A stretch of 64,000 nucleotides of DNA from Macrostomum lignano (taxonomy: Eukaryota): positions 16,484 through 80,483 of the forward strand of contig NIVC01003725.1 of the NCBI GenBank assembly GCA_002269645.1, read 5' to 3'. Both the position numbers and the translations under genes were made by a program. Below the pieces are notes generated by a model, which ran no database searches, was not told where the DNA came from, and worked only from the letters and a program-made list of their open reading frames with translations. This document shows positions 38,754 through 49,614 of this stretch, in pieces. The first letter of the stretch is position 1; each line of letters starts with the position of its first letter.

Positions 38754-39737
38754 TTATGAGCTTGAGGTAAGAAATAAGGGAACTGCCGGGAGCTCACTGT
38801 AGCAGCGGTTGTCCCGAAGGGCGGCGCCGCCGTTGGGGCACAGGTCGCATTTAGTCATGCCGGACTTGATGGCCAGGGCGAAGTCCCGGTCGCACTTTTG
38901 GCACTCAGCCGCGCCCGCCGCGTCAGAGAAGGTGCCCGGAGGGCAGGCCTTGCACTGCTTGCTGCCTTCTGAGGAGGCGAACTGGCCGGCCGGGCAGAGG
39001 GTGCAAGCCGAGGCACCCATAGCTGAGAAGCTGCCGGCCGGACAGCGGGTGCAAGCGGAGGCGCCCATAGCAGAGAAGCTGCCGGCAGGGCAGCGGGTGC
39101 AAATCGAGGCGCCCCTAGCTGAGAACTTGCCGGCCGGGCAGCGGTGGCAAGCCGAGGCGCCCGCAACTGAGAAGCTGCCGGCCGGACAGCGGTGGCAAGC
39201 GGAGGCGCCCGCAGTTGAGATCCTGCCGGCTGGGCACGGCTTGCAGGCGGCCGCTCCAGGTGGGGAGAAGTGGCCCGGCTGGCACTTGCTGCACTCCTCT
39301 GCTCCGGCCTTGCTCGAGGTGCCGGCGGGACACTTCACGCAGGCTGGGGAGCCGCTAAAACGGACGAAGCTGCCGGCAGGGCAGGGCGTGCAGCTCGACA
39401 AGCCGTCCGTGGCAGCAATGGAGCCCTTGGCGCACTTCTGGCAGCTCGCGGAGCCCGAGCTGGCGGCGAAGCTCCCCGGCCAGCACTTGGAGCAGGCGGC
39501 GGCGCCGGCGCGGCTGTATGAGCCTGGCGGGCACTTCTGGCACTTGGAATTCACGGCTATTTCCCTATGGGTGCCGGCGCTGCAGGGCTCGCACATGCGG
39601 TCCGAGTCTTCGCTTAGCTGGTGGCCTGGCAGGCACATTTTGTGGTCTTGCCGCTTGCCTCTCTGCAGGTTCCGGTCAGCCGACGACCCGGTCAGGGCGG
39701 CCAGCAGAGCCGCAGCCACTAGCAGAGAAAAATTCAT
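38754..39737 (-). CDS. Secreted cysteine-rich protein: signal peptide plus 16 CxxC(PAG) repeats (GCC2/GCC3 / ephrin-receptor-like type)
   Basis: MNFSLLVAAALLAALTGSSA signal; RGKR site; CxxCPAGxFSxxGAxxC repeats with 16-17 aa period; donor TACA|GTGAGC at 38797 suggests splicing to the lectin-like exon, otherwise stop at 38754. Confidence 0.85.
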   Translation of the reverse strand: MNFSLLVAAALLAALTGSSADRNLQRGKRQDHKMCLPGHQLSEDSDRMCEPCSAGTHREIAVNSKCQKCPPGSYSRAGAAACSKCWPGSFAASSGSASCQKCAKGSIAATDGLSSCTPCPAGSFVRFSGSPACVKCPAGTSSKAGAEECSKCQPGHFSPPGAAACKPCPAGRISTAGASACHRCPAGSFSVAGASACHRCPAGKFSARGASICTRCPAGSFSAMGASACTRCPAGSFSAMGASACTLCPAGQFASSEGSKQCKACPPGTFSDAAGAAECQKCDRDFALAIKSGMTKCDLCPNGGAALRDNRCYSELPAVPLFLTSSS

Positions 39738-39777
39738 GCTGAGAGTTTAAGCTCGTGTACCGTCGCTTCTGTGATTG

Positions 39778-39990
39778 TGAGTAGTTTCTGTGAGTAGCTT
39801 CTGTGAGTAGTTTCTGTGAGTAGTTTCTATGAGTAGCTTCTGTGAGTAGCTTCTGTGAGTAGTTTCTATGAGTAGCTTCTGTGAGTAGCTTCTGTGAGTA
39901 GTTTCTGTGAGTAGCTTCTGTGAGTAGCTTCTGTGAGTAGTTTCTGTGAGTAGCTTCTGTGAGTAGCTTCTGTGAGTAATTTCTGTGAGC
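39778..39990. repeat. 13-bp minisatellite (GTGAGTAG[C/T]TTCT)n
   Basis: Direct reading; just upstream of the Cys-rich gene start. Confidence 0.92.
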
Positions 39991-40899
39991 AGCTTCTGTC
40001 TAGGCAGGTTTCCGGCTGAAGCAACTGCTCCTTTATAGCTCATGAGTTGAATCGCGCTAAAAAAATTCATTTTTTAAATGCCACAGTTTCCAGTCCGGAA
40101 TTCGAAGCACTCATACTTCGTTATTATCCTAAAACTTTTGCATAAAACTTTTTCGGAAATATAGAATTAAGGAATTCAGAAATTTTTTGAGAGAAAATTG
40201 TAACCTCTGAAAGTATAAATTTGGGATAATTTCAACTACAAAAAAACTAATTTCAAGCCAAAGGAATGCAAAAAATTGAAGAAAATGAAATGCAATGCCC
40301 GACACAGTGTCTGAGTGAGCGACCTGCAGGGAAGTGCGATTCCGAATGTCTCTGCTCCCACAGTGAAAAGTGCCAAACTTGCGGAAAAGTCACATGCGAA
40401 CACGATTAATCAATTTGTGATCGAGGATTTATGATAAACTGCAGCCACCCCGGACCCGCCATATTTGCGCTGGCCGCTGCCGATGACTTCTTGGAGTCTG
40501 GTATCGCTTGCTGCTCCACGCCTCATCCCAGGCTGAGGCCGCCCAACTCTGCACAGTGCAAACCGCAGCCAGAATCCGCTCTCGCCAAAGCCGCTCATTT
40601 GCACTTTAAGCGACTTTTTGACGAATGAAGGCGATGTGGGGCACTGGGCAGCCAAAGTCATTACTCACTGAGGAGCGTTGCTGGGCACCCAGGGCTCAGC
40701 CAGGGATTCGATTCGGATCTGAGAAATCGCCTCCAAAATCTCCGCAACGTAATTCAACTGCAAGGGAGCGAAGATCTGCGTGATCAAACGGAACAAAAAT
40801 TTGCGGGTTTTATTTAACTGAAGAAGTTTTAGTGTCTGCAAAATTATTGAGAATTTCTTTGAAAATACAGAACACCTCACCACGCACGCACCACGCACC

Positions 40900-41460
40900 C
40901 ACCTCAACCTGCACCAACCGTACTCCCCACCCACCCCATTCCGCACCCATCTCACTCCGCACCCACCTCACTCCGCACCCACCTCACTCCGCAACCACCT
41001 CACTCCTCACCCACCTCACTCCCCACCCACCCCATTCTGCACCCATCTCACACCCCACCCACCTCACTCCGCAACCAACTCACTCCGCACCCACCTCACT
41101 CCGCACCCACCTCACTCCGCAACCACCTCACTCCTCACCCACCTCACTCCCCACCCACCCCATTCTGCACCCATCTCACACCCCACCCACCTCACTCCGC
41201 AACCACCTCACTCCGCACCCACCTCACTCCGCACCCACCTCACTCCGCACCCACCTCACTCCGCACCCACCTCACTCCGCAACCACCTCACTCCGCAACC
41301 ACCTCACTCCTCACCCACCTCACTCCGCAACCACCTCACTCCTCACCCACCTCACTCCTCACCCACCTCACTCCGCAACCACCTCACTCCTCACCCACCT
41401 CACTCCGCAACCACCTCACTCCTCACCCATCTCACACCCCACCCACCTCACTCCTCACAC
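40900..41460. repeat. ~16-bp C/A-rich minisatellite (CACCCACCTCACTCCG)
   Basis: Direct reading. Confidence 0.9.
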
Positions 41461-41799
41461 CCCTCGCTCACTCTATGCCTCGACTGTCTGTACTTACTGC
41501 AATTTTTGAGCATCATCGCATTCCGCTACTTCATGGCACAACCAGAAACTCTGACTTTTGTACTCGTTAAAAACCATCTGAATTCCAGTTAATCTTTTTT
41601 CAAGTAGATCCAAAATATTGTCTGGTTGGCAACTGAAAACTGCCACTCGAGCCGCTACTCGAATAATCATTTTATCCCAGAAACTGGACAGCGCTGCCAG
41701 ATGGAGATGCGGAAGTGATCCGTTTCCAACTTCCTACGTTTGAGTAAAGTCTCCGACTGCCTCTTCTCAGCAGCTGTTGCACATTTACTAACATTGTTA

Positions 41800-42105
<306 letters not shown>

Positions 42106-43904
42106 TCTTTTTCTTTCGCGCTCCTCTCATATCCCATGACCTTGAGCTTGATCGCCAGTTTCTATTCTTTCACGTCCCGTACATTAATTCCGAGCCGACC
42201 TCCCGGCGCATCATCGCAGTTATTCAGTTATCTGCAGTGCAATGCATGAAGCTGCACCGGGGGGGGGGGGGCAGCCCAGAGCGCCATGCCTGGTGCTCGA
42301 GTCGCAGAGAAAGTGAGCTGCAGAGTGGAGCTTGCAGCCTCCCTCATCAGTCGGGAGTATCGACTTACCGGATAATCCCCTCAGCTCGCCAGACTGCAAG
42401 CTGAAAGCAGCTGCGCCCCATCCAGCCTCTCATCCTTCATCAGCTCTCTGCGAGTCCCTGGCGAATGTTCTTTTCACGCCTGCACAGCGGGTCGCAAAAA
42501 TGAGTTCAATTCGTGAGGATTCTCCAGTCTACCTCCTCCCGTCTCGCGCAGCTCCAGTTTTTGCATTTTCGTATTCGAATTCGCCGGCCAACCCAACAGC
42601 CGGCGGGCCCAGCCTCCCGTGCGTCATCAGCCAGATATATTTCTGGCCGGCACCCGGGCCCAATTTTCCTTGATTAATTTTGTGCTGAATTTTTCATGCC
42701 GGCAAAAATGCTGCCAGTCGTGGGAACCCGCGGGCGGAGGCTGGGGAAGAAGGAAGGCGAGCTCAGGCCTCTCCCGTGCTGAGAAATTTTCGGCTTTCAA
42801 CAGGCACCCGGGATGAGGAGGAAAACAGTGGAGGAAAAACTGCCCCCCTGGGTGCCACAAGGCGATTCCTTCGGCTGCCGAGAGGGGTCAGCCGGAGGTC
42901 AGTTGGTGGTCGGGATCAAAATTAAAACCGTTGCTCAAGAATTACTTCGGCTGCTTGAAGAATCCCAAAATGAATGCTGGTTTTAAATCCGGTCTAGCCC
43001 GAGCTTTGATCCCCCGGCAAGAACTGGTGACTCATCACTGATTTATGCTCCGCTTTCAAATTCTCCAGACTCTGCAGCCGCCGCCGGTCACTGTAGATCC
43101 GGGCGACCTTCGCTGCGTGACCAGGTGAGCGAAACTGCAACTATAGGGTGGGGGGGTCTGCGGCTTCCAGCTGCTCGGCGTGTCCTGCAGCCACCGCAGC
43201 TGCCGGGTCTGCGCCCGACTATCTGGGCCGGAATCTCCGCTGCCCGACCCGCCTGACCCCCAGCCGCATTGCCATGGCAGCCAACTGAAATGCTGGAATT
43301 CCCGCAGAGCGGCCGGTCAGCCATTCGGGCTGGTGCTGAGCTGTCTTCTATTTTATTTTTTCCCATACAGAAATATTTCACTTGATTTACAGCCAGCAAT
43401 CTGTGGCTCGAGCTTCTCACTATGGAGAGCCACAGAGCAACCCGCGCCTCATCAGCTGGCTTCTCCGGAATAACTGCTCACTCTCTCCTTATCATCTAGG
43501 AGAAGAAGAAGAGACCTTGCGGTTTGCACAGAAAACTGGCAGGCAGGGGGGGGGGGAGATGCCGGTTGGGAAATTCTGCCAGGGAGACGAAATCTGCCGC
43601 CCAGCTGCCAGAGTGGGGGGGCGGACACACCAAGTGAATTGGGAGTGCCGCCACCCACCACCGCTGCTTTGCATATTTATCCCAACGACAGTAGCGGTCC
43701 AAATTAAGCCCAGCCTCCCAGCTTAGAGAGGCCCCACTTCCCTCATCTTCTGGGTCCTCTTCGACGAATAATATGTGCCGATTTCTTCACTCTGTCAGTG
43801 TCGCGGGAGCAGGACTTGTTGGCAAAGTGCACTAAAGTACCTATGAGGCAATCTGATGCATGAGTATAATGTCTGTAATAAATTTTAAGATTATGATGAC
43901 TCAT

Positions 43905-44270
43905 TGAGACTAAGGACTCAGAGATAATGAGAACTGATAGAGAGTAAGGACTCAGAGATAATGAGGACTCATATAGACTAAGGACTCAGAGATAATGAGA
44001 ACTCATAGAGACTAAGGACTCAGAGATAATGAGAACTCATAGAGACTAAGGACTCAGAGATAATGAGAACTCATAGAGACTAAGGACTCAGAGATAATGA
44101 GAACTCATAGAGACTAAGGACTCAGAGATAATGAGAACTCATAGAGACTAAGGACTCGAAGATAGTGAGGACTCGTATAGGCTAAGGACTCAAAGATAAT
44201 GAGGACTCGTATAGACTAAGGACTCAGATATAATGAAGACTCGTATAGGCTAAGGGATCAGGAGAATAAT
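43905..44270. repeat. 34-bp minisatellite, ~10 copies
   Basis: Unit AGAGACTAAGGACTCAGAGATAATGAGAACTCAT; period 34 (44041 to 44075). Confidence 0.93.
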
Positions 44271-44742
44271 GATGAGTAAAGAGATGGATCAGTGTCCAGC
44301 GGCTGCTCCTACACAACTCGGCAGGGCGCATTCCCATGGCACAAATTTAGACAAATCAGTAATGCAAACGCGTTAGTACTCTGCAGCATGGAGATGGTGT
44401 GCTCTCCTAGGATGCTAGCCGGAGCTGCACCCTCTGCCTCCCCACTCCACCCAGTCCCCGCGGGTCCCTCGCCGGCCATAAAGTCGCTATTAACTTCCCC
44501 CATCCCGTCCTTGGCCTTAGCTGCCCCGGAAAATTTCCCCAAATCCCCGATCCCATCTCAGCTCATCGGGTTTACGAGCCCCCTCCGCCCTCATGGCGAC
44601 TGTCTGGGGCTCGCGCCCTTCCCTAGTCGCTCCGCTCTCGCCTTCTCGTCCTTCGCCTGCGCTGGCAGGCTGCCAAAGGGCTCTAAAAATTCTCCAATAG
44701 ATTTCGGCAGGACAGAAGGTGATTTTCTAGCGTGTTTTTTAG

Positions 44743-44961
44743 CTCTGAAGTCGGCAAGGAGAGCGGAGAGAAGATTTTCAGCGTTTACGACCGGCCGCGG
44801 CGGCGTTTACAACTCCGGCGATTCGGCGGCCGCCAGCCGGTGACCTCCGGGGCTTTTATCGGCCCGCGAGTTCTGACCGCGCGTGGTGGGGGAGCGGGCG
44901 GATTTTCTGATTTCCTTGACAGCGGCGGCGCCGTAAAACAGTTCAGGCACCAACATTTGCG
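44743..44961 (+). CDS. Candidate 5' exon of the KIF26-like gene
   Basis: Acceptor TTTTTTAG at 44742; donor TTGCG|GTGAGC at 44962; phase 2 at both ends fits the 30900 donor and 49390 acceptor; gives ...KQFRHQHLR|LP. Confidence 0.4.
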
Positions 44962-44984
44962 GTGAGCCTGTTGGATTGTGGAAC

Positions 44985-45430
44985 ATCAGGGATCTGACAT
45001 TTTTGGGGGGTAGGATATCAGAGATCTGACATTTATGGGTTAGGACACCAGATATCTGACATTTTTGGGATTATGACATCAGAGATCTGACAGTTTTAGG
45101 GTTAGGACATCAGAGAGCTGACATTTATGGGGTCAGGACATCAGAGATCTGACATTTTTAGGGTTAGGACATCAGAGATCTGACATTTTTAGGGTTAGGA
45201 CACCAGAGATCTGACATTGTGTGTTTGGAACATCAGAGAGCTGACATTTTTGGGTTTGGAACATCAGAGAGCTGACATTTTTGTTTGGAACATCAGAGAG
45301 CTGACATTTTTGTTTGGAACATCAGAGATCTGACATTTTTGTTTGGAACATCAGAGAGCTGAAATTTTGTGTTTTGAACATCAGAGAACTGACATTTTTT
45401 GAGTTTGGAACACCAGAGATCTGACATTTC
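44985..45430. repeat. Degenerate ~30-bp minisatellite (GACATCAGAGATCTGACATTTT...)
   Basis: Direct reading; begins ~25 nt after the 44962 donor. Confidence 0.88.
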
Positions 45431-46004
45431 GGGAATTGACACATCTTCAGCACTTCATGGGATCTGAATATCAATCAATTAGAGTTTCTGGGATCTGAAA
45501 TTAATGTGGTTTTTTAACGAGCGTTAATTCCTACAGCTTCAATTGCTAGTAAATATCGATTCTCAATACAGTTCTGGATATGCAGATTCAATACACTGGG
45601 GGTGGGCGGCTCAAGACGCACCGCTGCGCCGGTGGATCAACTTTGCTGCCAAGTTGTTCTTGACAGAAGGCGAGAGAGGGGGGAGCAGGGGAGGGGGCAC
45701 GGGGGCAAAGAAACGAAGGAGGGGTTCAGAAAGGCGACGCCACCAGTCCGTCTGCTTTTTTCCTTCCACCCCGAAACCGGCTCTGCCTTGCCAGCAGAAT
45801 TTGCCCGCCGGTCCCCGTCTGTCCTCTTCCCAACCCATGCGAAGCCGTGTATAGCGGGCCAGCTAATGGGGCGGCTTCGGCCCTTGACGCTCTGTCTTTT
45901 TCCAATTACGGAAGCTGCGACCGAGTGGAGATGTTTCAGTGCTTTGCGGAAATTATTAGGCTTTTAGAAATTTAAGATGAATTCGGTGGATTCTTCGTAA
46001 CATT

Positions 46005-46590
46005 CTGCTGCTTCGAGGGAACACTGCTGCTTCTATGGAAACTTCTGTTGCTTCTAGGGAACACTCTGCTACTTCAGGAACACTCTGCTGCTTCTAGAGA
46101 ACACTCTGTTGCTTCTAGGGAACATTCTGTTGCTTCTAGGGAACCTTCTGTTGCTTCTAGGGAACACTCTGCTGCTTCTAGAGAACACTCTGTTGCTTCT
46201 AGGGAACATTCTGTTGCTTTTAGGGAACCTTCTGTTGCTTCTAGGGAACCTTCTGTTGCTTCTAGGGAACACTCTGTTGCTTCTAGGGAACATTCTGTTG
46301 CTTCTAAAGAACCATCTGCAACTTTCAAGAAACACTTTGCTGCTTTTAGTGAACACTGCTGCTTTTAGGGAACACCCTGCTGCTTCAAGGGAAGAACATT
46401 CTGCTGCTTCTAGGGGACATTCTGCTGCTTCTAGGGAACATTCTGTTGCTTATAGGTAACACCTTGCTGCTTCAAGGGAACCTTTTTTCTGCTTCTTTGG
46501 AACACTCCACTGCTTCTAGGGAACACTGCTGCTTCTAGGGAACACTGCTGCTTCTAGGGAACACTTTGTTGCTTCTAGGGAACATTCTGC
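46005..46590. repeat. 21-bp minisatellite (CTGTTGCTTCTAGGGAACACT)n
   Basis: Direct reading. Confidence 0.92.
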
Positions 46591-47204
46591 TCCCTGGAAA
46601 ATATCCTATGTCTCAACGCTCTCAGCTCCTAGCCTTCTATCTAAAAGCAATATTTCTTAAGCACCTTCAGATCCAGCAGCTATACGTAGGTTTTATTCCG
46701 CTCCTAAGATCATAAAGATCCAAGTCTTCTCCTAGAAGAAGCAGCAGCTGTTGCTGAAACGGCAGACTGAGTTACCGCGGTAGGTCAGCGAGGGCAGCGA
46801 AGCCGCCAGGGAGTTCCAGCCATTAATCACCATCGGGCCACGCACCTCGCCGCCTGGATGGCTACTCGAACTCGATGGCCGGCCTTCGTCCCCTTAGCGC
46901 CAACTGATTTCATTTCTAGCCAGGATTGGGGGGGCCTCTGCGCTCTCCACCATTCATTTGCAGAGACGACAGCTGTTGTTCTGGGCGGGCATCTCCCGGC
47001 TTGGCCCGGCTGTCCCCCCGTCAGCGCCCACCTTTGCCATCCGAGGGGTTTGGCAGGGCGGCCGCTCGTTCATCTTATTTGATGGCTGCGCTGGCGCGGG
47101 GCCGCGGACGGGGCTGGTGCACGGCCTGAAAAGAAAAAAAGAAAATTTTGGGAGCAACGAAAACACAAGTGGGCAAATAAAAGGGACTGATGGAGTGAGA
47201 TAGG

Positions 47205-47742
47205 TGAGATAAAGTAGAGTGAGACAGAGATGTAGACACGAGAATAAGGTAGGGTGAGACAGAGAAGTAGACATGAGAATAAGGTAGGGTGAGACGGAGA
47301 TGTAGACATGAGAATAAGGTAGGGTGAGACAGAGATGTAGAAATGAGAATAAAGTAGATTGAGACAGAGATGTAGACATGAGAATAAGGTAGAGTGAGAC
47401 AGAGATGTAGACATGAGAATAAGGTAGGGTGAGACAGAGATGTAGACATGAGAATAAGGTAGATTGAGACAGAGATGTAGACATGAGAATAAGGTAGAGT
47501 GAGACAGAGATGTAGACATGAGAATAAGGTAGAGTAAGACAGGGATGTAGACATGAGAATAAGGTAGAGTGAGACAGAGATGTAGACACGGGAGAATAAG
47601 GTAGAGTGAGACAGAGATGTAGACATGAGAATAAGGTAGAGTGAGACAGAGAAGTAGACATGAGAATAAGGTAGATTGAGACAGAGAGGTAGACATGAGA
47701 ATAAGGTAGAGTGAGACAGAGAGGTAGACATGAGAATAAGGC
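47205..47742. repeat. 35-bp minisatellite, ~15 copies
   Basis: Unit GAGACAGAGATGTAGACATGAGAATAAGGTAGAGT; period 35 (47401 to 47436). Confidence 0.95.
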
Positions 47743-48344
47743 AATGAGATTAGGGAGCGGAGAGCAGCGGAGGTCCAGCCCGCCTGGCCAGACGGCTCTG
47801 TCAGCCCGGAGGTCACTGAGGGTTGGCAGCGAGTTCCCAGCCAATCAGGGCTGGCAGTACGGCAGGATTAATACGCGCACTCCATAATCTCCTCAGGCTT
47901 CAGGCCAAAGCAAGCAAAATCCACCGGGCCAGCCCTCTCGCTCAGCTGCCCTCCCGTTCTCTTTTGCTCCCCCAATCTGTCTGACGGATATCCGGGTTCT
48001 TCTACTCACGATAACTTGAGTAAGCAGCTTGACCGACACACTTCTTTGGAGGCGAAATAGGCTGAGAACAGTGCAGAGCAGAAATTTGAGAAGCAGCGGT
48101 GGACACCGCGAATGCCAACCGGAAGCAACTCTTGAAGACGGGTAAGAGAGATGGATGGACGGGAGTGAATTTCGATGAGGAATTGAGACTTTGAAAGTAG
48201 CGGTAGCCCCCGATGTACTTTTAGTAGCTCTTGTCATCTCGTTGACGCTTTGAATAGAATGCCGACTGGAAATTGAGGAATGGGTTGGGAATGGCGAAAG
48301 TCTCCCTACAGAATACAGGTAGCGAGTGAAAGCAATAGTCGGAA

Positions 48345-48980
48345 AGTGAAGACAGTGAGTGACAAGAATACAGACAGTGAGTGACGAGAATACAGACAGT
48401 GAGTGACAAGAATACAGACAGTGAGTGACAAGAATACAGACAGTGAGTGACAAGAATACAGATAGTGAGTGACAAGAATACAGAAAGGGAGTGACAAGAA
48501 TACAGACAGTGAGTGACAAGAATACAGACAGTGAGTGACAAGAATACAGACAGTGAGTGACAAGAACACAGACAGTGAGTGACAAGAATACAGACAGTGA
48601 GTGACAAGAATACAGACAATGAGTGACAAGAATACAGACAGTGAGTGACAAGAATACAGACAGTGAGTGACAAGAATACAGACAGTGAAGTGACAAGAAT
48701 ACAGACAGTGAGTGACAAGAATACAGACAAAGAGTGACAAGAACACAGACAGTGAGTGACAAGAATACAGACAAAGAGTGACAAGAATACAGACAGTGAG
48801 TGACAAGAATACAGACAGTGAGTGACAAGAATACAGACAGTGAAGTGACAAGAATACAGACAGTGAGTGACAAGAATACAGACAGTGAAGTGACAAGAAT
48901 ACAGACAGTGAGTGACAAGAATGCAGGCAGTGAGTGACAAGAATACAGACAGTGAAATGACAAGAATACAGACAAAGAGT
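48345..48980. repeat. 22-bp minisatellite (GTGACAAGAATACAGACAGTGA)n, ~28 copies
   Basis: Period 22 (48541 to 48563). Confidence 0.95.
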
Positions 48981-49389
48981 GAAAAGGATGATTTCACACA
49001 AAAACGTGGACACGAATGAAAAGATCGAAGACATTGTGTGAAAGCGGGTTGAACTGAAGGCAAGAACATCAAGCTGCAGTCTAAAAAAATTCGACTGTTT
49101 GCTAATCAAAAAGCCAAATATGAGCCAGCAATTAGGGGACTGAAAACCGAACTAAGAATGAACGCGAACCGGTCCGTCCCTCTTGATACCTGAAAGTCTG
49201 AAAGACTTGGAGGGCTTGGAGGCACAGGCAGTTCCCTGGAGCGCCAACCGGAGATGCTGACGGCCCGACGCCAGCTGTCCGGCTTTTGTCTTCCGCCACC
49301 CTGCCAGCCTCCCCCGCAGCCGGCTCCTCTTCCCCATCCTGTCCGATCCTCTTCCCCCGCTGCAGTGCCGCTGCCGCTGTCAATTCCAG

Positions 49390-49614
49390 GCTGCCAGCAG
49401 CCAGCAGCCTGATGCAGAGTCCGACCTCGCCGATGCCCGGCGGCCGCGGTCAGCGGAAGCAGCGGACAGCAAACCGGGGCTTCGGCTGCGGGGCCGCGGC
49501 TTCTTCCGCCACTCGATTTGCTGAGCTGCTCAGGACGGCCGGGGGCCGCCGCCACCGCCACTGCTGCCGCCTGCTGCACCGGAGCCGGCCGCCAGCTGCA
49601 CCTCCGCTGCGAAG
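49390..49614 (+). CDS. KIF26: KIF26-like exon immediately before the motor domain (needs a 1-bp frame correction at G-run 49541-49545)
   Basis: Acceptor ATTCCAG at 49389; ATRFAELLRT then, in another frame, PPPPPLLPP...SAAK|GTGAGT; resembles KIF26 FATSFSGILQTSPPPAPP...GK preceding VKV. Confidence 0.65.

Noticed and set aside
45085-45200. TTAGGGTTAG as interstitial telomeric repeat
   Set aside because: Under two units, embedded in a 30-bp minisatellite; not a telomere array.
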